Of a DNA stretch of 64,000 nt, positions 24,473 to 41,432 are shown one piece after another. Under the pieces are notes generated by a model. The model saw only the letters and a program-made list of their open reading frames with translations, did no database searches and was not told the origin of the DNA. The position numbers and the translations under genes were made by a program. Position 1 is the first letter of the stretch. The number at the start of each line of letters is the position of its first letter. Location of the stretch: positions 4,280,001 through 4,344,000 of the forward strand of contig CM097885.1 in assembly GCA_044892525.1 (NCBI GenBank), given 5' to 3'. The stretch comes from Schmidtea polychroa (lineage: Eukaryota).

Positions 24473-26399
24473 TTCATAATTATCATTGATTTTATTAATA
24501 AAAATGTTAATAATAAAAAATGATAATATTATCAGTAAAGTAATAAATTTTTGGTCACCTTTGATCCGTTTTCTTTTTTATTAGTTCATTTATTTTCATT
24601 ATAAATAAATTGAAAATAAATCAATTATTAATTTTCCATGAAACTCAAGTTTATTAATTGATAAAGGCAGCTCAAAAAATTTCTGTCGCATAGAAAATTA
24701 TTTTTTGATATTTTGTCATAATGAAAATTAAATATCAATAATAATATTAATAATCATAATTTTACCCATCTGTGTATTGTGAATAGTTTAACAATTTCGA
24801 AATTCCTGTTTTGTTAGTAATGATTCTTTACAAGTATTAGAAGACTTTGGAGACATATAATTTATTAATGTCAAAAAATCTGATTATCCCTCCAGAGGAA
24901 AAAATTGTATTGTAAGTATCTTGAGCAAGATATGCAAATGCACTAATAATGCAATATTACACCTTTGACATTCAGGCATATATTTCATAATAATCAAACA
25001 TACAAATTCAACATGCAATAATATTATTAAAAACAGGTATTATTTACAGTTATCATTGTATGAAAATACTTAATCTTAACCAAGTTTTTTCGACGAATGA
25101 GAAAGCAGCTACTAACATTAGGTTAAATGCATTCTGAAACACAGGCTAAACACCCTGATACATTCGCATATTGACACGACAAGTTTAATGCAATAAAATA
25201 TTAATAATTATCCTATGAAATATTCAACTGATACTGGCGTTATAGTATATAATTAATATATACATTAATCTCGGCCGCATCCCAGTCGACATAATTGAAT
25301 CTCTAATTGTCTATTATGACAGACATGTGCTAGGCTTGCCTTATTAGCACATCCCACGAGTCATTGATCAATGGAACAATCAACTGGAAATCAAGAGCTT
25401 ATCAATTCTAATTCCCAACGAAGCGCATCAATCAGACATGAGATCCTTCAACTAGTACTACCAGATATTTATTCATGATCCGGGCATTGGAATGTTATCC
25501 TTCATCCCTTGATAGGACTGATACTGGCTGTGATGTATATATTTCCCATTAGTTTCTCATACGATAGCTCGGTCCATTATCAGCATTCCCAAAGCATCCG
25601 ATCTCACTGAGAAGCAGTTGACAAAATTACAAATGAAATATTTGAGAAAATTTTCCATCGGCAAATATTGCTGCCAATTATTAACAGAAATTTCAGAAAT
25701 TTTTGTTTGATCAATAATTATTTTTATTGCCAATTTTGATTTTTTGTCTAAAGCATTTAAATGAGATTTTCGTAAGATGCAGATTAGATTTTGATGCTTT
25801 TCTCTCCATCTGCCAATGCAAGGGTATTGCAATAACGGTCAGGTCAGGCAAGGGATCAAATGTTAAACCATTGAGACTAGTACCATTTTAAACAAGAAAT
25901 TAAAACAGTTTCCAAAGGTGGTTAGGAGCTCCCTGCAGCAAAGGGGTCCCCCGGGGAGGGGTAAAAAGTTTTTTTTTGATTGCTGCAGTAATTTTTTTCT
26001 ACTTTTTGATTCTATGAAACTGTTTTTGCAATTATTCTTTGAAATTTTTCATTTCTTGTCCTTTCATTTACTCTCCTGAAACCAAATCTACAATAAAGTT
26101 TTTTGTTTTGAGAAAAAGGACATGAAAAAAATATTATTCAATATTAATTTTCTCGCGTTGCAATATAAAATAATATGCTTCACCATTGATCAATTATTTT
26201 CATTTTCGTTCTCTTCATTTCCATACGGCAATAATTCAATAAATTCAAATTATGCACACATTTTCAGCACAGCCTTTATCGAGTATTATTAGAATTTATT
26301 GATTTCGATTATATGAAAATATCTAATCAACATATCTAATCTAAATACATAATTTGCTATGTATAATTCTAACGCTATTTAAAAATTATTTACAATTTA

Positions 26400-27025
26400 A
26401 TAAATTATAAGAAAGCGCCACTCAAACATTCGTTTCACGATTTATTTCGGCAGTTTTCCTGTCATCATCAGGTGGGATATAATAACTATGTAAATTATAT
26501 AGATTTTTGAATAAATTTATTAATTATATTAATTACATCAAGTTTTTAATAAAAATATTTCATTCTTTAAAAATTATAAAATTATAATTCAAATAATAAA
26601 TAATTTTTTATATTGTAGTTATTAGAAAAAAAATTATAAAATATTGAAATTCAAAATTATCCAATTAAATAATTTAATAATTATTTAACTTAATAGTAAC
26701 AACTGTTTAAAAACTTTCAAAACACAAGTACTCACTGCATTTGGCGCGTTAATTTTCGGATCCAATGACTTTATCAACAACGCTTCACAAATTACACTTT
26801 CTCAATAATCAGACAAACCTATTTTACTCTTATTGTGCTCACTAATGTTGGTCAATCCTTTCGAGCTCAAGTACAGAGACGACAGGAAGTCTCTCCAATG
26901 TATGTGGCATTACATCCATTACATGTAAACCCATAAATGAGATCAAAACTAATTAATGATTGTGTGAATATTTGGTGTTGAATGAATTCCGAATTATTTT
27001 TTGAATTTTTTGAATAAATGCATTT
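26400..27025 (-). mobile_element. Penelope-like retroelement remnant 2 (degenerate GIY-YIG plus hammerhead)
   Basis: Minus strand SFDLIYGFTCNGCNATYIGETSCRLCT*AR...CEALLIKSLDPKINAPNAVSTCVLKVFK (LIY-CxxC-YIG signature, with stops and deletions); 3' region aligns with 10440-10570 and 11130-11240. Confidence 0.88.
26436..26474 (-). ncRNA. Minimal type I hammerhead ribozyme (PLE-associated), copy 2
   Basis: CAC-CUGAUGA-U-GACAG-GAAAA-CUGCC-GAAA-UAAA-UC/GUG; identical to copy 1 except the loop-III dinucleotide. Confidence 0.8.
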
Positions 27026-27339
27026 TTAATTATGGATGTCAGTAATACAAAAAGCAATATAGATAAAAGTGTCAATTTCTCAAAAATAATAATTGCAACT
27101 GGTCTACAATTTACAATATGTAACTCAAGATATCGAGTAAATTATTACATAAAATAATATTTTCTCTTAATATTGAATGGTCACAGTAAATAGTGCTCAT
27201 TTTAATATTTTGTCAAACTGATATGAGTTTGTCCATTTATATACCCCACTTATATGGATGAATTAATTTAATTTAATTTAATTAATTTAAAAAATTTAGA
27301 AACAAGAAATGTTGACAAATTATCAAAATTGGATTTCTA

Positions 27340-27710
27340 AAAATTACTGAAAAATTACAGAAACATTAAAGAACGAATTGCAGAAAAATTACAGAAAAAT
27401 TACAGAAAAAAATGTCAAAAAATACGGAAAAATTACAGAAATAAAAATGAAAAGTTTGTGAGAAATTCTGAAAAATTGATGAAAGAATTGCATAAAAATT
27501 AAAGAAAAATTGTAGAAAAAATTGTCAAATAATTTTCAAAAATTACAGAAAAAAATGTCAAAAAATACGGAAAAATTACAGAAAAATGGCAGAAAAATTA
27601 CAGAAAAATTATAGAAAAATTAAAGAAAAATAATTGAAAAATTGCCTAAAAATACAGTAAAAATAGAGAAAAATACAAATGAAAAGTTTGTGAAAAATTC
27701 AGAAAAATTG
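27340..27710. repeat. Degenerate 11-bp minisatellite (GAAAAATTACA)n with internal block duplication
   Basis: The block AAAAATGTCAAAAAATACGGAAAAATTACAGAAA recurs at ~27408 and ~27551. Confidence 0.85.
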
Positions 27711-27865
27711 AATCAAAAAGTTAATTAATTAATTAAAAAAGCTTGAATAAAGCAATAAAAAATTATTAATTATTTCTCACATTTAATAACAAATATAATT
27801 TTTAATAACAAATAACAAATATAAAAAAATATAAAAAATAATTCATTTGATAATTATAAATATAA

Positions 27866-28107
<242 letters not shown>

Positions 28108-28698
28108 CTATCGATTGAAAATGAACAAAAGTTGTCATGGCAACCGATGGATATTTGATCTCAACACAATGGCATTGAAATTTTCCATTGAACGTTTTCC
28201 TCACAGTGTGTCTGTGTGTCTCTATGCATACATCTGTGTATGTGTGTGTGTCTGCCAATCCATCAAGTGTTTGTGTGTCATCATGCATGCATGACAATTT
28301 AGAGCGATTTGATTGGTTAAATTTTACAATTAACTTTTGGATGAAATTTTTTATAATAATTTTTAGAGTTTTTCTCTAAGAATAAGATTTGAAATTTATT
28401 TTTAATGAGTTTTAATTGAGTTTCCGTTTTTGCAATTTATGAAATTTCTGCGCTTAAATAATTAAGGATAAATTGAGTATTGGAAATTACGCTAGGAGCC
28501 AAATATTAACACCGAGCCGGAAATGAAATTAAGGGGAATTTGAATATATTCCATGGGAAAGGTGAGGAAGGGATGAAGGCAATGTCTTGAAGCTCTTTGG
28601 CAATTATTCACGAACTAGTTATAAATTTTCGTTAAGCCTTTGATATGTTAATAAATATTTTTGATTAAATATTGTACACTCCCCCCCCCTCCTCAATT

Positions 28699-28700
<2 letters not shown>

Positions 28701-28760
<60 letters not shown>
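28701..28760. repeat. (TA)n microsatellite
   Basis: Direct reading. Confidence 0.98.
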
Positions 28761-28767
<7 letters not shown>

Positions 28768-31700
28768 TGAATTGGGCATTGAATAATTATTAACTATTTA
28801 TAATAACCTATAAGGTTTGATATTTTATACAGTTTCGTTTAATCCAATTACAAAGATGGGTGACCCTAATGAGGTTTCCCAAAGGGTTTTTAAGCCATTT
28901 CATTTTATCAAAATTACTTTAAATTTACAAATTTTATAATTATTTTTACTATTATTTTTAATATTATTTTTTACATATATTTATTTTTTATATATTAATT
29001 TTTATTATTTACTATTATTATTATTTTTTATTATTTTTATTATTATTATTATTATTTTTTATTATTTTTATTATTTTTATTATTATTATCAATATATTTA
29101 TTATTATTATTTTTATTATTTTTATTTTTATTATTTATTATTATTTTTATTATTATTATTATTTATTATTATTATTTTTATTATTATTTTTATTATTATT
29201 ATTTTTATTATTATTTATTATTATTATTATTATTTTTATTATTATTATTAGTATTATTAGTATTATATTTATTTTATATCAAATCACTTGAAAAAGGCAG
29301 TGCCGAAAATTTGTGAATATCAAAAAACATCGATATATATTTACTGATTCATAGGCAAGCTGTTTAATAAATACAATGTCAATTTAAAAGAAAGCGGAAG
29401 TGAAAATGAAAAAAGTTCCTTTAATATTATTTATTATTTTTATTTGTGGCCCAACAAAGGCTGCGCGAAAAGCATTAAGTTATGATAGCTTTTGGCTCCC
29501 TATAACTGTCCCCGCCACTGAGGGTCATGCACCCACAGGTTCCACCACTGGCCTTGATGACAAGCGTACTTCGATTCGGCTGACTCCTATCAGTGCAATT
29601 AAAACTAAGTCACAAAATAGATGGAATTTATAACCGGATTTGCAAGTCACATTGAACCAGAAGATTAGAATCAGGTCCACATAAATAATGACAAATACAA
29701 TCAAATATTAGCGTAAATATTGTCGTTTTTCTAAATAATTTGTTGTTTTAGATATCTATTTATTTTGTTAGGTAGAATTTGTGGCGCACTGCAAATGGAT
29801 ACAGGAAAGGCGCCATAACCTTCTTGACTGTTTCGGGAGAGCTTCTCAAATTGTTATGGGCCCATTGATGAGATCCCCCTATAGGAAGCGGCAGAAACAT
29901 GCGAATTAGATTGGTAGAAATGTGATGGATATAAAAAGAAATAAAAAGAGAATTTGCAATAAATATAAACTTCAACAATAACGGAATCGAGTGCTCCGGG
30001 AAAAAGTCTACCATGTGTCGGTGACTTGCGAGAGAATTCATAGGTACAACATATGCTGGGGCTGCAATTAACAATTTGTTTACAAAATATGTTTACTTGA
30101 TTCATGGAATCAAGGTCTGCAAATGTCAATCAATCGCCAACAGTGCTTATTGATTAAATTTCCCTTAGAAAAATCTATATTCCCATATTTACACAATCAT
30201 TTCATTTAGATTAAATCAACTCTAGACTGGTTCGGTAATTCCCTACTCAAATTCGGTGTCAATTAAGGAAATTGTGAAATTTCTACAAGAAAAAGAAAAA
30301 AATTGCATCATTGATCGATTTTCAGAGGTGAAATTTCAAATCAATAATTTGTGGGGGGGGGGGGGGGGGGAGGCTCATAAGGGGAAACACGTAGAACTTT
30401 CTCTATTCCACTTAACGAACGCGATTTCGACGAACAATATAAAAAAATTGCATAAGGTAACTTCATCCAAAGACGAAACAAAATTCCAAATTTTACAATA
30501 CGAATTTAAAAGCTCCTTACAAAGATTTGCTTATGAAACCTTATATATACATATACAAAAAGTTTATGTCAACAATCCCTTATTATAGAGTCGTACGTAT
30601 TTTCTCCCTTTTCCACCATTTTCATTTATAAATTAAAAAAAAAATATCATCCAATCAGAGCCGGATCTTCATTAGGTCGAAATTGGCCTTTGCCAACGCC
30701 GCCAAAGAGTTAGGGACATTCGCTTTGAGCTCAATATTTGAAAAAAAATTGTTATAAAACAAAGTATTTTTATAAAGTATTTTACGGATTTTTATTTTTT
30801 TCTTTCTAAAAATTTTGCTTAATAATAAATTCAATACAAAATCAATTGATGTATTTCTTTTCATTTGATGATATCGGTATAGTCATATCTCATTGAAACT
30901 GTGAAAGTGATTAAATTGAAGAAGTATTTAACTCCCAGATTTAAATAGATTTAAATAATATAATTAAAGTAAATAATAAAATTATAAATTAAAATAATAA
31001 ATTAAATATATTTAAGAATGATTGAAGATTAAAATATAAAATATTTATTGAATGCTTGTGTATGAATATTCCCTATTCAAATATTAACTCATGCTTGCGA
31101 AAATATCCTCTAAGCTAAAAACAGTGATTGTTTTAATAATAGGGATTTTTGTGTTGTTTTTAAAATATGGATGTGATTAATTTAAGAAACCAAACTTCTA
31201 ATAGAAACTGTATAATAACACGAGAGAATTACGTTAGAATATTTACTAGCTATCAAACAATTTACTAAGAAAAAACAGAATTTTTTGAAATTCCTATGTT
31301 AGCATAATGACATTTATTTATAACGGAGAGGCCCGTCATTTTTATTTTCAATCGCAAATACAACAGTTTGAACATGGTGTTCTTATCTTTTAGGTATGCA
31401 AATCAAATTCACTGGTATTTTTATTTATGAGAATATAAACTCTCCTAAAAGAGCGCTCCATTACTTCTATGCCAAAGGCGTTAAGCGACCTTGGGCCTGC
31501 ACTGGATCCAGTATAATACATGTTAAAATCTAAATATAAAAATAGCTATTATTAGTAAAAGATTAGTTAAATAGGAAGAAATTAAATATATGCCAAATAA
31601 TAATTAAGGAAAAATCAAAATGAAGATAAATAACATTTTAAAGGAAAAAACAGATCAATGATGAACATATCGATGATGAGCAGATCAATAATTAACAGAT

Positions 31701-32267
31701 CAGTAATTTTTAATTCCTGTTCAAATTCGTTCCTTACGTATATGTTAAAATCACACGCATTCAAATTCAAGCAATTTTTATCAATAATATTCTTACATAA
31801 ACCAAATTTATGGGTCCTTGCCACCGCAATGAAATTGAAGCTTCCCCTTTCAACAGTTCTTAGTCTTTCTAAAATTAATTTTGTGGAAGTAAGTCTTCAA
31901 ATACTTCGCCGCCTTACATCATATAGCATTATCTTCTATAATGTCCTCTGCATTGTTACTGTCCCTTGTTTCCAAACGTATTCTGATGCCATCATCATTT
32001 ATTCTATTACCGAATGCTATCGAATTTGCCCTTGATATTCACATGTCTAACATTTAATCATTTTTAAATATTGTGTCCCCCCTTTAATCAATCTTCTTGT
32101 CACTACTTCTCTTAATTCACAATTGTTTATAATCTGTGCTGTGACCCCTAGTGGAAAAGCGGGTCAGGAACAGACGCCCGGCAAAAGAACGGCAGTATCA
32201 CTTAAAGAAAAAGTGCTACACTGTTCTGGCGACTAATGGTAAAACCGCCCTTAGTTTGACTGGCAAA

Positions 32268-32959
<692 letters not shown>

Positions 32960-33637
32960 CAACACTCCCTTCATTTGTCCAAAGTGACATCCGCAGAAAA
33001 TATGAAAATGAAAACTGATGAACCCCCTCCCCCGACAACAAAATGCCTATTAACTATCTCAGTCTGGAATGAACTGTAAAGATAAACTAACTGACAGATC
33101 TACCTCCAGTTGGCAGACAGAAATGGGAAATATTCCCCATGTGATCTTTATGAAAAATTTCTATTACAAATCGGGAGCAGTCAAAATTTATTTGCACTAT
33201 CAGCATATTCATTTCTCTCTTTCTCAATTGACTTTCTTTATTTTTGAATAAATTTAGTTGCAGAATGTAAGAGGCGTTGCCTACCTCTAGATGTAGAAAC
33301 GGAAGTGGAAATCAAATATGAAATGCTCTCTAGATGCGTAATAAATAATTAATTCCCTAATCCCATAACATAGCTACGACTGACTCAAAGTCAACAAAGA
33401 CATGGAGAAGAATTATTCTTGTTTCTCGAGGCAGTCATTGTGAGAACATAGGGAAATTATATTAATTTCTTCTCCCAACTTGATTGATGCGTCTGAGGAC
33501 GTGCTAAGGTACAATAAGCTTACGGGCAGAAAATCAGTCAAAACATGATGCAAGACTTGTAGAAAATTTGTTATGAAACTGATAATAATTTCCCATTGTT
33601 CTATCTTACCATTCCAACACCTTTTCTTTTAAGGATA

Positions 33638-35104
<1,467 letters not shown>

Positions 35105-37676
35105 AATTAATTTGACATGGTGTTGATCTAGAAAAGATCTGAAAAAGAAAAATAATGAGACCTCTTGCAAGTAAAACAATCTGTAGCTTGGAAATGACTG
35201 AAAGTAGAAACAATGAAAATACAAACAATGAGAATTTATGTTAACATATCCTTCAGCAACAGTTGGTGTAGCCCCTCCCCCTTGTCCGTCACAGAAATTC
35301 ATCAAAAACTTGCTAATATTTATAAATATTTTTCTGTTTGGAATGGGAATTGCTTGCCATTGGTTGTATGGGAAATCGGCAGGATGCAAATGTTACCAAA
35401 TAGCTGGGAGTAAGATTTCTGGTGACCTTTTTGGTTAAAATTCCCTGTAAATCAATTCTTTAAAGACAATATGAAGATTCTATATTTGTTTTTGAGACTC
35501 ACATGTCTTTGTGGGGGTGGGTTGAATTCACATTAAGATCTAGAAATAGTCCTCAGAAAATATATGCAACAATAAAACTTATGAAAGAAATTAACCGGTG
35601 ATTACGACAAAAGAGGAGAGATTTGCGAACTGGCATTCAGAGTGTAGGAAAAAGATATTATTATTATTGTCCTCACGGGTTGGGAACATAATTGCAAAGT
35701 ATTGTTTATTATTATTGTCTAAAGGATAATCTAGCTCCTTTCACTTGCATCTCAATTCAAAATCTGGGTGTGGCCTTCAAGGGGAGAATGAGGTAATTGA
35801 AATGTAAATTCCCAAGATTATATCAACAAACAATTCATAAGAATTTTGGTATGATATTTTCAATGCTGGGTAATCTAACAATTTTCTGTCACCGGGCCGT
35901 GAGAAAGTTCCGAGTAACAGGAAGGATGAATTTATAACTAAAACTAAGTAAGGGAGGACTCTTCATGGTTGGGTTACTGTCAATAATCATCTTATATATT
36001 TACCGATGATTCCTTAGGACAATTTATAATGTTTTATATAGAATATAATAATATTATTAACTAGTACAAATGCCCCCATGGCAATTAAAATTTTTGGCTT
36101 TTTATCATTATCCAATGAAAACAAGACAATTTCCAAATTTTACTTACCGTTGCCATGACTATCAGGACAAAATTCAAATCAATGATTTAAATCTATTTAG
36201 AATAAGTTTCTAATATTTGGTTCAATTATATAAATAATGCATCATTCGAGTGAGAAAAGTTGATTTCTAGATAACATCATGTTATTGATTAAGATTAAAT
36301 AATTTAATTTATTAATAATTTAGTTTTAAACTCCTTACGCAGATAAACAGCGGTTAATAAGGTCTCAATTCGCTGCAAACAATTTCCGACAAATCGCATC
36401 ATTTAGTGCTCTGGCTCTATTTTGCGTCTTCTCTCGGCGATGACATTTCCTTATATAACTCCCATTTGTCTAAGTTCTTTCTGCAACCCTCTCCCTTGTC
36501 AATAACAGCCAAAATTCCTATTTACATGTGTGTTTATTGTTGACATAAATCTCGCGTTCAATTAATCCCAGTTCAATTGGTAGAAACTTTCTACTAGAAA
36601 GATGTGAACACTTGTATGGCACGTTATCAACAAGATGGTCAATAGGGGGGGAGGGTCCGGGACTTAATGGTCACTGCTGACTGTAGATAAAATTTTCAAT
36701 GTTTATTTGCATTTCTGTTGCTTTATTTAGATTATATAATTTTCATTTGAGAAAATACCGATTCAATTAAACAATTAGAGTCAAATGTCACAATTAACTA
36801 TAAAGAGGCAGCTCAAAGGGAAATATTTTTCTTCATAAAATAAAAGAAAGAATGAAAAGCAATATTGGCGGCTAAGGACCGGCGGCCTGAATAGTGCAAT
36901 AAATGAACCTCAATAAGATCTTTATGTAGGTTATTTACGAAATATTTTCATTACTTTATGATTATTTCCAATTAATGGATTAACAAATGTTCTGGTCATA
37001 CCTTCATCATTGTCATTTTCATTTCCTTGAAACCTAGTACATGGAAAGACCATATATTCCACTTCATCGCAAGTGATTCCTCTTGCACAAAGAACCGCTA
37101 TCACTGCCAACTGGATTCCGTGAAACGGGGATAATTGATGTCTTATTTCAGATAAACGACCAAATCCCACAAAATTTCGCTGCATAGCCAGTTATTATTT
37201 ATTGCATCAACTTTGGCGGCATTGAATGTGTGTGTGGCACACATGTCTTGCGAGGGCTAATTAACTCACTGCCAGTTATCCGATCGAGCTGAAACTTGGC
37301 GAATAGACTCATTGTCGATGACAATGTGTTTTATCAAGTTATTGTTTCGCACTCATGCAAATAAACAAATTGACACATACAAGTTGTATTTACAGCGCTA
37401 AAATAAAAAAGAAATTTTTACGTAAGCTGCATGTATGTTTACATTATAAACACGACCAAAAATATCCATCAATCCTCGTTTTATCTTTGATGTAAGACAT
37501 TCAAAATAAGTACGAATATTTCAAGCATATTCTTTCTTTGCGAATCACCTCGTGCCTTGTTTAGAATGCTTGCCAAAGAATGCTCAGGAAGAACAGAATT
37601 CATGTAACTTTCGTTTGTAATATTTTTACTTGTGTTAAAATTGTAGTTTATTCCATTTGGTCAAGGTTATATCTTA

Positions 37677-38070
37677 CCGTATCTACTCGACTATAAGCCG
37701 ATTCAAGTATAAGTCGAAGTGTAATTTTTGGAAGAAAATAGTGTCTAAAATCAACGACCCGAATATAAGTGGAAACATAAAATCAAAATTATTAAATAAA
37801 AGGTTTAATAAAAAAGTTACCAACATGTTAATACAAATATTTTATTTCGATTTATATTTGACTAGTTGCAATGTGATTTTGCTTGAATAATGATTGCAGA
37901 ATAATGACAAATAAGAGTTTAATATGATGATTTAGGTTCCTAATGCTCAATAGTCACCGAGTCGGTCTGGAATTCCCCAATATTATTTGCCTCCCGAGAA
38001 TACGTCAAAGATTTTTTTCGTTATCCTGGAAATAGAACTTAATTTCTCGACTTGCAGTTGAGTATATCGG
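37677..38070. mobile_element. Tc2/pogo-type (Tc1/mariner) MITE, degenerate
   Basis: TA|CCGTATCTACTCGACTATAAGCCGA vs rc right end CCGATATACTCAACTGCAAGTCGAG; right TA not preserved. Confidence 0.6.
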
Positions 38071-38656
38071 TTGATTTTTTAATTGTTTTTATTGATTTTT
38101 AAAAATTGATTTTTTATTGATTTTAAAATATCGTATTTTAAATATTTATTTACAGACAAAATGGAGAAATAATGCAAGATTAATTGGAGGATTTTTTGCA
38201 TTTATATAACAATATATTGATTTTGTTTTTTATGTAAAATTTTATATTTCTTTATTTTTGCACTTTTTTTTGGTTCTAAACATACCGCTGCTAGAGAAAC
38301 CGTTTTTGTGCACAATACCAGAAATACCTAGTTCAATACTGCAGGTATTGCAATCCTTAACTGCTTTACACATCTGTGAAATTTTCTTCAAATTGATTTT
38401 TTTATACATTTTTTCAATGAATTTTTCAATACCCAAATGGAGCAGAAAGGAGAAATAATAAATTATATGATTAATTTGGTTGATGTTTTGTTTATATATA
38501 TATATATATATATATTTCAATATATTGCTCATTTTCAACATTTCATTGTTTTGTGGGAGAGAAAATTTAAATGGATATTTTCTGTTGAGAATTTTTTTTG
38601 CTGCCTGCTAGCAGTTTTAGAGTTTTTGATTCTTCATTTTGCAAATAAAAACTAAA

Positions 38657-39318
<662 letters not shown>

Positions 39319-40121
39319 TATCCTGGTGAGTAATTGCATTCATCATTTAATTGTTTTAATAATTTTTATTAATTCTTGATTGTATTTTTGTAATTGATTT
39401 CTGTGAAAATTTTTCGATAAAATTTTTTTATTATCCATTTCTAGATCTTATTTATTGAATTTTATTTCGTTTGCAATTATACATGACGCAAACAGCGAGC
39501 AAAATGAATTCGATACGGTTAGTTGATAATAATGTGACGGATTTGATTGGTGTGTAAATATACGCAATAGGTCATATGACATCATATATCAGTGATATGT
39601 TGCGCAATAGTCAGATACATTAGATATGATATATGCATTACCTCTAGGACGTTATGGAGTGATAACGGCAATTCATGATCAAAACATGGGAAACCTTTTG
39701 CACCCGTTTGAACGCAATTGTATGGCCTTATAGCACACTATAGCACTGTGCACTTGCTGGTGTATTTCACACTAGAATTCCAATCCCAACTGAACTGGAA
39801 CTTGATCACTTATTTCAATAATTATCCCAATAAATTTCCCGACAAAATAAATAATAAAAAACAAAACCAAAAAATCTCCATGATTAATTTTCCCTTGGAG
39901 TTTTTGATGTTTTAATTTTTTTTCCTCCCCGAACAAATTAAATTAGCCGAAATCTTCAATATTTGTTGTCGTTGGGAATATTTTCTGCAAATTTCCCTTA
40001 ATGAGACCGAGATAAATTTCAATGATAAAACCAAATTAAATCAGATTCACATCGGCAGTTTGGGTGCTTTTTTCTCCTTTTCTCCCAATTCCATCCGTGG
40101 AATCTCATTTAGTTGTAGGGA

Positions 40122-40590
40122 GATTTATTATCATTATTGATTTATTATTATTATTGATTTATTATTATTATTATTATTGATTTATTATCATTATTGATTT
40201 ATTATCATTATTGATTTATTATCATTATTGATTTATTATCATTATTGATTTATTATCATTATTGATTTATAATTATTATTGATTTATAATTATTATTGAT
40301 TTATTATCATTATTGATTTATTATCATTATTGATTTATTATCATTATTGATTTATTATCATTATTGATTTATTATCATTATTGATTTATTATCATTATTG
40401 ATTTATAATTATTATTGATTTATAATTATTATTGATTTATTATCATTATTGATTTATTATTATTATTGATTTATTATCATTATTGATTTATTATCATAAT
40501 TGATTTATTATTATTATTGATTTATTATCATTATTATTGATTTATTCTCATTATTGATTTATTATTATTATTGATTTATTATTATTGTTA
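40122..40590. repeat. 17-bp minisatellite (GATTTATTATCATTATT)n
   Basis: More than 20 tandem units; the same unit type occurs at ~50160-50375. Confidence 0.9.
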
Positions 40591-41150
40591 TTATTATTAT
40601 TATTAATAACAGACCGATTAAGTTAAAAACAATATAATAATTATTGAAACTGAACTATTATAAATTAAATAATTATATTTGTATTGTATATAACTCCGTT
40701 ATGTAAAGTCTTTGTATAAATTATGATAATAAATCCAAAGTTCGTTGAAGATGTTACAGTTGATGAAGTTCCAATAAAAGATAAGTGTACAACAGCACGG
40801 TCCGTTGCGTAAATAGAAAACGTATTTCAATGTGAACTTTATATTTTCTCAATAACGATTATGCTATTCAACATTTTATTTCACGCATCAATGGTAACCA
40901 TTCAATTCTATAAGGTTGAGGGGGGCAGAAGGATATGATACATAGTACGAAGATGATGACAGAATCACGTGATAATGACTGTCCCAAACATGGCATCACT
41001 AATTCCTCTTCAGGTTGACTCATGTTTCCATTTGATACAAGATGTTGCTCATTTTTATCAGCAATTGAGGAAACGCAGATGTCAAAAAAAATTTCATTCT
41101 TTTCTTATCTCATATCTCTCATTTATTTTTTAAATAACGATAATTAATTG

Positions 41151-41175
41151 AATAATAGCAATAATAATATTAATG

Positions 41176-41257
<82 letters not shown>

Positions 41258-41271
41258 TAATAAAAATAATA

Positions 41272-41326
<55 letters not shown>

Positions 41327-41335
41327 TAATAATAA

Positions 41336-41408
<73 letters not shown>

Positions 41409-41432
41409 GAAAATGATTACAATAATAATATA
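41151..41432. repeat. (AAT)n microsatellite
   Basis: Direct reading. Confidence 0.98.

Noticed and set aside
31760..31845. Possible gag zinc knuckle on the minus strand (FHCGGKD/HKFGLC)
   Set aside because: Needs a frameshift and lacks the first Cys; too weak without a search.
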